Virus record (IMG/VR): IMGVR_UViG_3300007072_000008 | Span: 1-64,000 of that record | DNA: 64,000 nt | Strand: one strand, 5' to 3' | Origin: a virus | In this document: positions 36,731 through 47,377 of the stretch, piece by piece | Numbering within the stretch: the stretch's first letter is position 1 | Layout of the letters: each line of letters starts with the position of its first letter | Program-made: the position numbers and the translations under genes | The notes under the pieces: model-generated | Database searches by the model: none | Seen by the model: only the letters and a program-made list of their open reading frames with translations | What the model was told of the DNA's origin: nothing

Positions 36731-38577
36731 TGTTGTCAGCAGCTAATTATCAAAATATTGTTTGTGAATTAGAAAAAGCTATTGTTGCAGGCTCAAACGC
36801 TTATTCTAAACTAATATCGGCAATTTCAATTGTTAATAATTCTGGTTTGACTGCATCTCGGACGGGTTCATTGTTAGATCAGTTAGATAAAACTATAATA
36901 CAATTATACAATATAGGTGGAGCATTCCCAGAATTGGTATCGTTTGCCAGAGCATTAAATGCACACATTGTCGAGTATTATGGCAATTTTAGTGTTTTTT
37001 TGTCTACCTATAAAATATCTATACCGGTCAATACGGCGGTCATGTTTAATAGTATTGGATATTCTGTTCCCGTTGATAATATTTATAACTGTTCTTCAAT
37101 GGTAGTTAATTCTTTTGTGGCTTATGATGCAACAATAGGACCGGATGGTAATAGGTGGGCTATAGAAGTGAGCGGTGTACCTTGTTATAAAAGAGCTACG
37201 TGGATATCACCTAGTCAGATGACAAGTGATGGACATACATTGGATCCACTATATGCTCCCACAGTTGCTAGAGTGACAAGAGATGGGGGGACACTATGGG
37301 GAGGTGTTGTTATTAGCAGTGCCGAGGCTAAATATTTTGACATACTAGATTTTGAGCCTTGGATGCCAGCACATACAAAAAACAATGTGCCAGTTTCTTG
37401 GGAAGAAGACAAAATTAATTTGCAAACTATATTAGCGTGGATAGATGCTTATAGAAATGAATGGCCAGAAGCAGTTATCGGTTTTTATCCAACTTCTTTG
37501 TTTATACCTCCTGATGTTCCTTATTATTCAGGGGCATGGCCTAGAATGGGAGATACAAGGGAAGATTTAATTACGTCTGGTCCATATCGATCAACAGATT
37601 TTTCCCAATCGCAACAGTTAGCATATATCGAAAGAATGAAAGAATATAGTACTCCTTTGATAGAAAAATTGGATTATTTAGCACCTGATTTTTATTTATT
37701 AGGTAGGAAAGAGATTGAAAGGGATTTTGCTTTTTTTGAAAGCTTTGTTAATATCTTTTCTTCTTTCAATAAACCAATATACCCGTTTATTTGGGGAATA
37801 TGGCATAGTGCATTTCCATATCGGACTATAGATATAAATGTTACTGAAATAACTGTTACTATTATGAGTGCTACGCAAGCTATATGGACGTTCCCACAAA
37901 CATTTACTCAACGTTTGCCTGATGAGGGTTCTTTAACTGTAGCTGATGTAATTGGACTTAAAATAGGTTCTTTATCTCCTACTTCTATATCTTCTACTTA
38001 TTCTCCTGGTATAACAGTTAATTACACTGACACTTCAGCGGGCACTTGGTATTTTGAATCAGCTAATGTAAATCTTGGTTTTACAGGAGGAGGTTTTCCA
38101 GATTCTAGCGGTACTACGGTAGCATTTCCTCAACCAACTACAGAAGAATTAACTCGTTATGTGAATTTTATGCAAGAACATTGTGATGGTTGTATAGTTT
38201 GGGGAGGTAGTGCGGCTGATAATGTTAATCTTTGGGATATAATAGCCCGAGAAGTTCCCGTGTTTATTGAGTTGTCTTCTTCCTCTTCTTCATCATTCAA
38301 TAATGAATCAGTAGTATTAAACGTAAGTAGATTATCATCTACGGATATCGCTTGGACTTTTAATGTTGCTTTTACAAATGAGTCGTTTGAAATAGAGGAG
38401 CTTGTAACCTTGTTAGTGGGCGAACATGAACCTATAGAAGTTATTTCTGTAGCATCGCCCATAATTATATTAAAATACCCAGACAATAATGCCACTACAT
38501 GGTCTGTGTTAGCTAATTCAAATATAGTTTTTATCGACGGAAGTAATATTACTGAAGACACGGGGACAATTATTTAA
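36730..38577 (+). CDS. Putative virion protein with glycoside hydrolase-like TIM barrel (GH56 hyaluronidase-like motifs)
   Basis: ILDFEPW, IGFYP, YLAPDFYL, KPIYPFIW, DGCIVWG in GH56-like order. Confidence 0.55.
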   Translation: MLSAANYQNIVCELEKAIVAGSNAYSKLISAISIVNNSGLTASRTGSLLDQLDKTIIQLYNIGGAFPELVSFARALNAHIVEYYGNFSVFLSTYKISIPVNTAVMFNSIGYSVPVDNIYNCSSMVVNSFVAYDATIGPDGNRWAIEVSGVPCYKRATWISPSQMTSDGHTLDPLYAPTVARVTRDGGTLWGGVVISSAEAKYFDILDFEPWMPAHTKNNVPVSWEEDKINLQTILAWIDAYRNEWPEAVIGFYPTSLFIPPDVPYYSGAWPRMGDTREDLITSGPYRSTDFSQSQQLAYIERMKEYSTPLIEKLDYLAPDFYLLGRKEIERDFAFFESFVNIFSSFNKPIYPFIWGIWHSAFPYRTIDINVTEITVTIMSATQAIWTFPQTFTQRLPDEGSLTVADVIGLKIGSLSPTSISSTYSPGITVNYTDTSAGTWYFESANVNLGFTGGGFPDSSGTTVAFPQPTTEELTRYVNFMQEHCDGCIVWGGSAADNVNLWDIIAREVPVFIELSSSSSSSFNNESVVLNVSRLSSTDIAWTFNVAFTNESFEIEELVTLLVGEHEPIEVISVASPIIILKYPDNNATTWSVLANSNIVFIDGSNITEDTGTII

Positions 38578-38612
38578 AAGGATTTTGCGTGGTTTTTAAT
38601 TAACTATATTTT

Positions 38613-40472
38613 ATGCCTCGTAAACCCATTGTAACTATTGGATCGCTCTTAAAAAGTACGGAAAAAATAATTGTTCCGTCACAAACAGACATTCCCTATA
38701 TTCCCAGCATTACTGAATTTTGCGAAAGTCCTAATTATTTAGCATTGTCATTACCTCTATACCCAATACAAAGGTTAATGCTTAGAGCTTTTTACAGAGG
38801 CACGGTTGGCAATACTGCACCCGAATGCATAAATTTAACAGAAGAGGAAATGCGATTATGTAAAGAGTGTGGTTTAGACAATGAAAAAAATGGCAATGTC
38901 ATTAAAAAATGGCACAGTGGCGAAACTTTTCGAGAACTGGTATTGGTATGGGGTAGAAGAAGTGGAAAAGATTATTGTATTAGTATTATTGCTTTATATG
39001 AAGCAATGAAATTGTTAGAATGTCCTGGTGGTGATCCTTATGCTTACTATAATATTGGTAACGCTAATCCATTTACTATTTTAGCTATAGCTAATAACAA
39101 GGCACAAACTCGCATTTTATATACTGAAATATTCGGTAAATTTAAAGAAGCTCCATATTTTAGAGATAAATATTTACCTGAAGGTATTACTAATGATCGT
39201 ATATGTTTGTTAACCCCCAAAAACAAAAAAGATAATGAGCAATTAATCAGCCGTGGGTTGCCCGCACATCCCGGTTCAGTACAAATAGAAACAGGACATT
39301 CTAACTCAAACGGATTAGTCGGAAAAAGCTGTTATGTACTTATGCTAGACGAAGCAGCAACATATAAAAGATCAGGGGGTCCAGGATCGGATGAACAGCT
39401 ATATGGGAATTTATCTCCTACTACAAAAACATATGTCCATGTGGAAGAAATTAAAGACGAAAAGGGCAATGTTATAGATAAGAAAGTCAGCTATGATGGT
39501 AAAATCATAAGCATTTCTTCACCAAGAGGTATGGATGGTGTTTTCTATAGAAGATATAAAGCAGCCGAATCTACACCTAGTATGCTTATGTGTAGATTGC
39601 CTACATGGTTAGTATGCCACATGCACACGGAAGAAAGGCTTCGCAAAGAAGAACAAACTATGACGGATGAAAAATTCCGCATGGAATATGGGGCAGAATT
39701 TAGTGGAACAGAAGGTGAAAACTTCTTTGATCCCGATTTGGTTGAAATATGTTTTAATTCTCATTCATATAAAATGAAAGAATACGGAGAACCTGGAATA
39801 ACCTATTTCGCACACCTCGATCCAGCGGTTAGTAGCCATAATTACGCCTTAGCGGTGGTTCATAAACATCCTTTTATTAATGTAGAATCCAAAAAAATGG
39901 ACTATCATATAGTTTTAGATCATATGGCAATTTGGACACCCGAAAAAGGTAAACCTATTAATATTAATGTTGTAGATGAGTATGTGATAAATCTTAATAA
40001 ATTATTTAGGCTAGGATTGGTAACATATGACCACTGGAACAGTCAGTCTAGTATCGAAAAGCTAAAAAAGAATGGTATCCCAGCACTTTGTACTCCATAT
40101 AACAAACGATATAAAATTAGAATATATGATGAATTAGAACAATTAGTGAATACTGGAAGGTTAAAATTACCATTTTTTAAAACATTAAAATTAGAAATGC
40201 TTAATTTGCAAAGGCGTTATTTGCATACAGGCTATCGGATATATCCAAAGACTGATGGTGAAATTCGAACTGACGATACAGTTGATGCTTTGGCAGGTGC
40301 TTGCTATAATGCTCTTAATAAAGAGATAAATCGATTGCCACAATCGCGTTTGGCTTATACAGGTTCAGTGCCTTCTAGTGCTATGCATCATTGGCAATCA
40401 ATGTCAGGCATGTATTATGGATATGGAACAGGAACGCAAGTTTTAAATAAATTAAACCATTTAAAAGGGTAG
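38613..40472 (+). CDS. terL: Terminase large subunit
   Basis: WGRRSGK Walker A, LMLDEAA Walker B, ISSP, EYGAEF, HLDPA and DDTVDALAG nuclease motifs. Confidence 0.95.
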   Translation: MPRKPIVTIGSLLKSTEKIIVPSQTDIPYIPSITEFCESPNYLALSLPLYPIQRLMLRAFYRGTVGNTAPECINLTEEEMRLCKECGLDNEKNGNVIKKWHSGETFRELVLVWGRRSGKDYCISIIALYEAMKLLECPGGDPYAYYNIGNANPFTILAIANNKAQTRILYTEIFGKFKEAPYFRDKYLPEGITNDRICLLTPKNKKDNEQLISRGLPAHPGSVQIETGHSNSNGLVGKSCYVLMLDEAATYKRSGGPGSDEQLYGNLSPTTKTYVHVEEIKDEKGNVIDKKVSYDGKIISISSPRGMDGVFYRRYKAAESTPSMLMCRLPTWLVCHMHTEERLRKEEQTMTDEKFRMEYGAEFSGTEGENFFDPDLVEICFNSHSYKMKEYGEPGITYFAHLDPAVSSHNYALAVVHKHPFINVESKKMDYHIVLDHMAIWTPEKGKPININVVDEYVINLNKLFRLGLVTYDHWNSQSSIEKLKKNGIPALCTPYNKRYKIRIYDELEQLVNTGRLKLPFFKTLKLEMLNLQRRYLHTGYRIYPKTDGEIRTDDTVDALAGACYNALNKEINRLPQSRLAYTGSVPSSAMHHWQSMSGMYYGYGTGTQVLNKLNHLKG

Positions 40473-40494
40473 TCAATGGCAGAAAGGTTATTAT

Positions 40495-41121
40495 ATGGCT
40501 AAGGAAAAATTTAATTTGATTCACGAAAAACTAATGGAAAAGCGTAGAAAAACTCAAAAATTAGAAGCACCAGATGATATGGTATTTGAAAAACTATTAT
40601 CTCCCAAAGATGAAAAAGATATAAAAAAAACTATAGAATTTTTGTTAAAAAATAATAGAGACAAAAGCGTAGGACATAGTTCAATTGAGACAGCTATAGA
40701 TAAACTAAAAGGAGATAAAAATACACCAAAACGCACCGGAAAAGATAAATATGATACATTACCTTACAATCTTGTGGCAGAAGTAAATGATCAAGAGAAA
40801 ACAAAAGCGTATGATACAAAACAAAAAGATAATGATTCAGTTGTAGATAGCGTGGTGCCTGGTATGTCAAAACCACAAAGCCAATTGCATAATGATTCAG
40901 AAAGGTTTAAAGGGTTTTCAATAGAGGATGTTAGGAACAACAAAGAATTGAGGAAAATGGTCACAGCATCATTACAAGATGCTGATGCTATGTTATACTA
41001 TATATATAGACAAGCTCTTAACGAAAAGAGAAGTCTTTCTTCAGATGAAAATACTATTATTAGTCGCATCAATGCTGACAAAATGCAACTTATACAAAAA
41101 CTTTTTAACAATGCCGTATAA
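40495..41121 (+). CDS. Hypothetical head-region protein
   Basis: 208 aa in the structural operon. Confidence 0.8.
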   Translation: MAKEKFNLIHEKLMEKRRKTQKLEAPDDMVFEKLLSPKDEKDIKKTIEFLLKNNRDKSVGHSSIETAIDKLKGDKNTPKRTGKDKYDTLPYNLVAEVNDQEKTKAYDTKQKDNDSVVDSVVPGMSKPQSQLHNDSERFKGFSIEDVRNNKELRKMVTASLQDADAMLYYIYRQALNEKRSLSSDENTIISRINADKMQLIQKLFNNAV

Positions 41122-41590
41122 CTTATCAAAATCTAAACTTGGCAGTGAAAAGCTGCCAAGTTTAACTTTTATCTGTACGTTGTGTAACCGGGCTACACAC
41201 AGACGGGTTTCTGCTTGTCTTTGTGGAAATTCGATGTTTAAAGTGGCACGGTATATGCCGTTGATAAATTACCCTCTCGATCCTTATAGGAAACAGAATG
41301 ATGAAAGCGGATACAAATTGAACGCACCAGGGGGGAATGAAAGCAGTGTCGGAGGGGCTGAGAATTATCAGATTCCAACAGAGGGGGGCGACGATGATGT
41401 TGGAACTCCAAATGCTAATAGCGAAGATTTAACCCAAACAGATGCAATGAAAACTTTCACCAAACCAGCAAGAGATCATGCAACAGGACCACATAGTATG
41501 AATGCAAATATGCCAACCATGCCCCCTAATCCAAATGTATTTATAAGGACGAAGAATAAATTAAATACCAATTTTACAGGGAAATTTTAA
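41111..41590 (+). CDS. Hypothetical protein with CxxC...CxC Zn ribbon
   Basis: Start MPYNLSK at 41111. Confidence 0.7.
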   Translation: MPYNLSKSKLGSEKLPSLTFICTLCNRATHRRVSACLCGNSMFKVARYMPLINYPLDPYRKQNDESGYKLNAPGGNESSVGGAENYQIPTEGGDDDVGTPNANSEDLTQTDAMKTFTKPARDHATGPHSMNANMPTMPPNPNVFIRTKNKLNTNFTGKF

Positions 41591-41602
41591 CAAGAGGAAA
41601 AT

Positions 41603-42217
41603 ATGTATAAAGGTCAAGTAACATCAAAAAATAAAGGATTATTAATGTTGCCGACGTTAGGTAAGCGAGCTAAAGCATCTGGTGAAACATTTGCTATATC
41701 AGAAAAAGATTTTTGGAATGATGATATACAAAAAAGCTTGAAACAAGGTTTAATTGTATTCTTAGATAAAACCCCGGCTTTAAAAAAAGTAAAAATCGTA
41801 CAAAATATATCTACCAGTAGCATCGCTTTGGGGAAATATGGTATATTAAAGTCGATGGGAACTAAAGAAATAGATGAAGAAGACCTTAAGCATCCTGATA
41901 TTAGATTGCATATAGATAATAATAAATTGAAAGAAATTACCACCGCAAAACAAATAGTTAAAGGGGTTAAAGAGGAATCCCCTGTAGATAGGCCAATGAA
42001 ACCGGTTGTATATCAGCCAAAATCAGATTTGCAAGAAAAACCAAAAAAGAAAAAAGGTAAAACTGTAAAAAAGGTAAATACTGATAATCTTTTAATAGAA
42101 AATGGGATAGAAGCTGAGGAAAACACAGAAGATATCAAATTTGTAGATATAGAACAGGCAGAAGAACGCATATCGCAGCATCCTATATTGAGTAAAATAA
42201 AGACCAATAAGGAATAG
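41603..42217 (+). CDS. Hypothetical head-region protein
   Basis: GAGG SD, 204 aa. Confidence 0.8.
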   Translation: MYKGQVTSKNKGLLMLPTLGKRAKASGETFAISEKDFWNDDIQKSLKQGLIVFLDKTPALKKVKIVQNISTSSIALGKYGILKSMGTKEIDEEDLKHPDIRLHIDNNKLKEITTAKQIVKGVKEESPVDRPMKPVVYQPKSDLQEKPKKKKGKTVKKVNTDNLLIENGIEAEENTEDIKFVDIEQAEERISQHPILSKIKTNKE

Positions 42218-42233
42218 AGGGGTGCGTAACCAA

Positions 42234-42389
42234 ATGGTTAAAATAGTTACAAAAAAAGCAGCTAAAAGAAAAAAAGAACATAAGCTAAAAACCAAAAATA
42301 AAAAACTATTAAAACAATACTGGAGTCTGCTATACCCACTAGAAATGGTGGAAAGAATAACTATTGACAGGCCACAATATGACAAATAA
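42234..42389 (+). CDS. Small basic protein (MVKIVTKKAAK...LLKQYWSLLYPLEMV)
   Basis: GAGGGG SD; resembles the C-terminus of 46048..46479. Not in the ORF track. Confidence 0.6.
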   Translation: MVKIVTKKAAKRKKEHKLKTKNKKLLKQYWSLLYPLEMVERITIDRPQYDK

Positions 42390-43116
42390 GGAAACACTGA
42401 TATCGGATTTAGCTATGTTTAATGTCCATTTAGATAAGATGGACATTTGCCATTTTGTACTGAATGGAAAACAATATAACGAGTCAGTAACTACAGCACA
42501 AAATATATTTCAACAAAGAATAGACCAAAATCGAACAATTTTTTTTGAATTGTGGCACGAAATTATCAATCTTATAAGAGATCATATTCCCTCTGTTTAT
42601 CTATCAAATGATAGTACGCAGCACCTGTTTATTAATGCTATAAAAAATATATACTTACTAAGCAAAAGATTCTCCCTTAAAGGTAAAAAGCATATTGTAA
42701 GTATATTAAACAAGGATTGTGATGAATTTTCAGAAGATTTTATGATTGAATGTATTGATCGATCAATTTGTGTATTTTGGGTATATCAACTTATAAGAAT
42801 AGATTTGCTAATTATTAAAATGCTAGAACAGTTGTCGGTAACTAAAGAAGCTTCTGGATCAGTGGGACATATTGATTTAACTATGCAAGAACGGGTGTAT
42901 CCTATGGGTGATTACCCCCCTGAAACAGAGCCAGATGTATCATATCTGCACCCACTATGGACACGTAAGTTTTTACAATATGATATACAGCATGGAAAAA
43001 CAACTTATAATATAGAAGACGAAGTTTATCGTAATATGAATGAACCTTATGGGTATAAGCTTCGAGAAGAAAGACAGCCCAATAGAGAATTATCTAGAGT
43101 TACTACAGGTCCATAA
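42379..43116 (+). CDS. Hypothetical protein
   Basis: ATG at 42379. Confidence 0.75.
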   Translation: MTNKETLISDLAMFNVHLDKMDICHFVLNGKQYNESVTTAQNIFQQRIDQNRTIFFELWHEIINLIRDHIPSVYLSNDSTQHLFINAIKNIYLLSKRFSLKGKKHIVSILNKDCDEFSEDFMIECIDRSICVFWVYQLIRIDLLIIKMLEQLSVTKEASGSVGHIDLTMQERVYPMGDYPPETEPDVSYLHPLWTRKFLQYDIQHGKTTYNIEDEVYRNMNEPYGYKLREERQPNRELSRVTTGP

Positions 43117-43117
43117 T

Positions 43118-43522
43118 ATGTTTAAAGAGTTTAAAACATCGCAATCTTTAATGGATTATCTATACACACTTATGCCAGAGGTGACTCAATTTCATACAAT
43201 AAAGATAAGGCCATCAGTGAACAATAAAGCCGCTCAATCATTATATACGATGTGGAAAAATAATGGTATAGATGCATTTGCAATTAAAAAACCCAATTTT
43301 ATAACTAGAGATGAAGTTGAATTGCTTGAAAGAGAAGGTTTGGCTAAGGAAAACGGGGATCGGTTTATAATAACCGATAAAGGAAAAACTGTTATAAAAA
43401 CCATGATATTAGGAGATAATCGATCCGCATTTGATAAAAACCAAGAAGCTATTGACTTCAGTACTGCACAAGCAAATATCCAACGTAAAAACAAAACTAT
43501 TAAAATAGCACGTAAAAAATGA
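43118..43522 (+). CDS. Hypothetical protein with winged-helix-like motif
   Basis: LEREGLA...IITDKGK; ATG at 43118. Confidence 0.7.
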   Translation: MFKEFKTSQSLMDYLYTLMPEVTQFHTIKIRPSVNNKAAQSLYTMWKNNGIDAFAIKKPNFITRDEVELLEREGLAKENGDRFIITDKGKTVIKTMILGDNRSAFDKNQEAIDFSTAQANIQRKNKTIKIARKK

Positions 43523-43896
43523 TTATTGCAATAGATATAATACCTATATATAAAGATATAAAAGAGGAAATAGTAAATGACCTCTTTTGGTATGATACCA
43601 ATTCTCATATTTTACATCGATGGAAAGGATCAAAATTAGGATTTAAATACCAAAATGGGCAAACTATAGCATATCCAATAAAAGAATACAAAGTAGCACA
43701 TAAAATAGATACCAATGAAAAAGATATATTAGATTGGATAGAAAATACAGAAGACATATCTATTATAGGTCAAGATAATAAAGAAATAGTTATTTCATTT
43801 CCAGATAATAAACAAAATGAAATAGAAGACGAATTGTATGAAAAACGCTTTAGATACGAAATAATTAATTATGCTGAAAGTCAAAATAGCAGATAA
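43519..43896 (+). CDS. Hypothetical protein
   Basis: ATGA overlap. Confidence 0.75.
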   Translation: MIIAIDIIPIYKDIKEEIVNDLFWYDTNSHILHRWKGSKLGFKYQNGQTIAYPIKEYKVAHKIDTNEKDILDWIENTEDISIIGQDNKEIVISFPDNKQNEIEDELYEKRFRYEIINYAESQNSR

Positions 43897-44785
43897 TCCT
43901 TATACTCTTGAAAAAGGATTGATGTTTGTTGAACACTTGCCCGAAGACGAGGGGATGCTGTTTGTGTTTGGTTCTAGTAGAATTCTTAATTTTTGGGGTA
44001 AAAACACCCTCATCCCGTTAGATATAGCTTTTATTGAAAACAATAAAATAGTAAAAATAAAACATATAAAAACTCTAGATTTAAACAATGTGTCTAGTGA
44101 AGTAAAGTGTTCAATGGCTTTAGAGGTAAACAAAGGATATTTTAGTAAAAATAAAATTTATGTAGGTAGTAGTATAACCATAGATAAACCTGTTAAAATG
44201 GGATTACCGTTCGATGAAGCAGTAATTTATTTCAATAAAGGAGAAAATTTAGAGGAATTTACCAACACTTTAAAGAAAACAAGCCAGGATACGTCTAATA
44301 ATAAAATTGGACGACCAGATGATGTGGTGGGTGTGCCCATAAACACAGAAGAACAAACGTTGCCGGTAGTTGATTCGGAAAATATAGGAGAAATATTAGA
44401 AGATGATATTATTGAAGAGGAGACGGGAACAGAACAGCATTTAGGAACAGAAGTCACACAGTTGGAAACAGCAAAGCCAGAAGAACCCAAAATTGTCGAA
44501 CCTACAGTTAAAGAATATCCTCTTTTTGATACAGCATATGCGGCAACAGAATGGGCAGAAAAGAATGGAGAAGTGATTCGTATATCATATGTAACCAAGC
44601 ATGGTAAAAAGATTACTAGAGATATTGAACCACACGGTAAATTCCATTCTGACTCTACTTATAGGCAAATTTTAGTAGCTTGGGACCAAACAATAGGAAA
44701 TATAAGAGCTTTTATAGTGACTAATATATATGAATGGGCATTTGTTGGTAAGAAGTTTAACAAAAAGTTTATGGTTAGAGCATAG
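43871..44785 (+). CDS. DUF192 domain fused to a C-terminal WYL-like domain
   Basis: KGLMF...EGMLFVF...FWGKNTLIPLDIAFI...ALEVNKG, then ISYVTKHGKKITRDIEP...LVAWD....IRAF. Confidence 0.8.
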   Translation: MLKVKIADNPYTLEKGLMFVEHLPEDEGMLFVFGSSRILNFWGKNTLIPLDIAFIENNKIVKIKHIKTLDLNNVSSEVKCSMALEVNKGYFSKNKIYVGSSITIDKPVKMGLPFDEAVIYFNKGENLEEFTNTLKKTSQDTSNNKIGRPDDVVGVPINTEEQTLPVVDSENIGEILEDDIIEEETGTEQHLGTEVTQLETAKPEEPKIVEPTVKEYPLFDTAYAATEWAEKNGEVIRISYVTKHGKKITRDIEPHGKFHSDSTYRQILVAWDQTIGNIRAFIVTNIYEWAFVGKKFNKKFMVRA

Positions 44786-44794
44786 GGAGTAAAT

Positions 44795-46036
44795 ATGAGA
44801 ATTATACAGGATATTGTTAAATTAGCTAATAAATTGGATGCAAATCCTTCTACCAAACAAATGGCTTATGAGCTTGATGATATCGCTACTTGCTTGCTAA
44901 AAACCGCACAATATATTGGATCTCAAGGGTATTGGGTTAGAAATAGTAGATGTTGGTCCAATTGTTATAGGTATAAACGATACAGTTCGCCCACTAAGCC
45001 ATCTCAAGATATTTGGTTCGAATGCCAAAAAGAATTTCAAGAATCAATAAATAAAGATGGTGGCCAATGGGATAAATATGCGCATATGACTGGCCATACC
45101 AAATTGGCATCTGTTGATAATAGTTTAGAAGTAGTTAATAGGATGGAAAACAGTATTCAAACGCATTATGCAATAATACAAAAAGTTGCGGCAGAGAATG
45201 TGGCAAAGGTGGCTGACAGTTTAAATGGTTCTTTAAAGACAGAAGCAGAAGAACTGTCTAAAAAAATAGTAGAAGCCGCTTGGGGGCAGAATAAGTGGTG
45301 GAATCCTTCTACTTGGTTTGGAAAAAATAAGAGATTAAAACAATTAGAGCAGTATTTATTAAACCTTGATGCTTTAGGAAGGCAGAGGCGGTCAGATAAA
45401 AACGGTTATGCTATATACTCCCCAGAGTACGAAAAAGCTTGGCAAGATTTTAATTATTATTACTATAAAAATATTAGAGACATACCACCTGAATTGCGAA
45501 ATGTAATGGATCAGTTAAAGGAGACGCAAGCAGGACAACGTTTACCCGCTATACAGAAAGCATTACAGTCTGTGAAACAATATAATTTACAACAAGCTAG
45601 AGGCACAAAAACAGAAACCAACACCAACACCAACACCAACACCAACACCAACACCAACGCCAACGCCAACACCAATACCAATACCAACACAACAACAACA
45701 GACACAACAGACATAAATTCGTTTATAAAAGTATTTGAACAGTACAAACATGATCCACAATTTCAAAAAGCGATGAAAAAATTGATTCAATATCAACCAA
45801 AAGCGAAGCTGGGGCCATCGAGGACTAATGCTCCAAAGGTTAATTTATTAAGGGATAAACCAACAAAGACCAACAGAAAAAACAATCGTACACAAAAAAA
45901 TCCACAGGTTGTTCCAGAAGCAGGGAATTATACAGGTTTCTCAGGTGACTTATCTAATTATCAGAATGTTAAAGCTATAGGTACACCAGTAACCCTAGCC
46001 AGTAATAGTAAAAAGACAATTTTTAAACTATCATAA
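44795..46036 (+). CDS. Hypothetical head-region protein with Thr-Asn repeat
   Basis: QYIGSQGYWVRNSRCWSNCYR; (aacacc)n at ~45618-45690. Confidence 0.8.
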   Translation: MRIIQDIVKLANKLDANPSTKQMAYELDDIATCLLKTAQYIGSQGYWVRNSRCWSNCYRYKRYSSPTKPSQDIWFECQKEFQESINKDGGQWDKYAHMTGHTKLASVDNSLEVVNRMENSIQTHYAIIQKVAAENVAKVADSLNGSLKTEAEELSKKIVEAAWGQNKWWNPSTWFGKNKRLKQLEQYLLNLDALGRQRRSDKNGYAIYSPEYEKAWQDFNYYYYKNIRDIPPELRNVMDQLKETQAGQRLPAIQKALQSVKQYNLQQARGTKTETNTNTNTNTNTNTNANANTNTNTNTTTTDTTDINSFIKVFEQYKHDPQFQKAMKKLIQYQPKAKLGPSRTNAPKVNLLRDKPTKTNRKNNRTQKNPQVVPEAGNYTGFSGDLSNYQNVKAIGTPVTLASNSKKTIFKLS

Positions 46037-46047
46037 GGAGAAATTAT

Positions 46048-46479
46048 ATGAAGTTTGTTAGCAATTTTATTTCCACTCAAAGCAATCCGCCTACATTGTC
46101 TGATATAATCAAGGCAGCGCAAACGAAGGTTGCTATGTCAAACAAGGTGGTTAAAACAGCCGCTGGGTTAGATAACTTTGGCGACAAGAAAGCCCCTCCT
46201 TTCAAAAAGAAAAAGAAAAAGAAAGAAGAAGAAGAATACATAGAGGTTGAGTGCGAAGAAGAAGAAGAAGAAGAAGAAGAAGAAGAAGAAGATAAAAAGG
46301 AAGCTTGTGGGCGCAAAGGTAAGTCTAAGTGTAAGAAGTCAAAGACTTCAAAACGAGCCAGCAATCGCAAGTGGGTTGTATTAGCCAATTTAACCAAAGA
46401 ACAAAAGAACTTCTTGCGCGAAGAATTAGAAAAATTCTGGACTAAGAAGTTTGTTGATGCTTTGTTAGCTGATCAGTAA
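46048..46479 (+). CDS. Small protein with poly-Lys and poly-Glu blocks
   Basis: AAGGAG SD; NFGDKKAPPFKKK motif. Confidence 0.8.
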   Translation: MKFVSNFISTQSNPPTLSDIIKAAQTKVAMSNKVVKTAAGLDNFGDKKAPPFKKKKKKKEEEEYIEVECEEEEEEEEEEEEDKKEACGRKGKSKCKKSKTSKRASNRKWVVLANLTKEQKNFLREELEKFWTKKFVDALLADQ

Positions 46480-46531
46480 TTGTATACTGATGTATATATT
46501 AACTGTTAATACCCAGAAAGGGATAGAATAA

Positions 46532-47377
46532 ATGTCTATTATACCAACTGGTAAGCGTAAAGACATGGTTGGACAAACATTCAAGAATGGCAACGATATA
46601 TTGCCTATAGGTTTGTACGCGCAAACCAGAGAGCCAATAATCCCGGTAGAGCGTGATTTGGTTCAACAAACACCAGTTGCCCCATCTCTTGCAAACCTAC
46701 TTACCACATCGGTTTCTCCACCACTAAAACAATCCGTTGATAAAGAAGATATAACAAATAACCCTTCCGTAGATACAAGTTTTAAAGATAATACAGATGC
46801 TAAAGATAATACAGATGCTAAAGATAATACAGATGCTAAAGATAATACAGATGCTAAAGATAATGCTAACGAGGGGGTACGTAAAAATTTAGATGATACA
46901 GAAGAATCTGATGAGAACGATATATCTAAATTAGTTATTAAGTCTCTTACAGAGTGGGGTTGGCCTCTGAGACATGTTGTTAAATATAGAAAAAATATGG
47001 TTAAAGAAAAGCTTACTCCAGATGGATATGGCGGCATAAAAAAAGATATTACTATTACAGCCCCAAATAACTATTATGGTAAAAATAAATTAATTAGTGA
47101 TAAGGATTATAGTTCATTAGTTAATCAGATACGAAGTAAAGCAAAATTGCGATGGACAGGTGGAAATCGCAGCGGTGAAGTAATGACTATACAATTTTCA
47201 TCTGAATCTGTTAATGAAATGCAAGATCCTGTAGATGAAAAGTTAAATCGCATATATGGTAAGCCAGGAAAACAGGTTACTGGCGAAAAAGAAGCTACTT
47301 TGAGTGAAATGATTAAATCTCGCAGAAACGATTTATTTAACATTATGAGGAAAATTGCACAAGGAGATAGAAAATGA
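46532..47377 (+). CDS. Hypothetical protein with KDNTDA repeats
   Basis: 18-bp repeat aaagataatacagatgct, about 4.5 copies at ~46783-46867. Confidence 0.8.
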   Translation: MSIIPTGKRKDMVGQTFKNGNDILPIGLYAQTREPIIPVERDLVQQTPVAPSLANLLTTSVSPPLKQSVDKEDITNNPSVDTSFKDNTDAKDNTDAKDNTDAKDNTDAKDNANEGVRKNLDDTEESDENDISKLVIKSLTEWGWPLRHVVKYRKNMVKEKLTPDGYGGIKKDITITAPNNYYGKNKLISDKDYSSLVNQIRSKAKLRWTGGNRSGEVMTIQFSSESVNEMQDPVDEKLNRIYGKPGKQVTGEKEATLSEMIKSRRNDLFNIMRKIAQGDRK

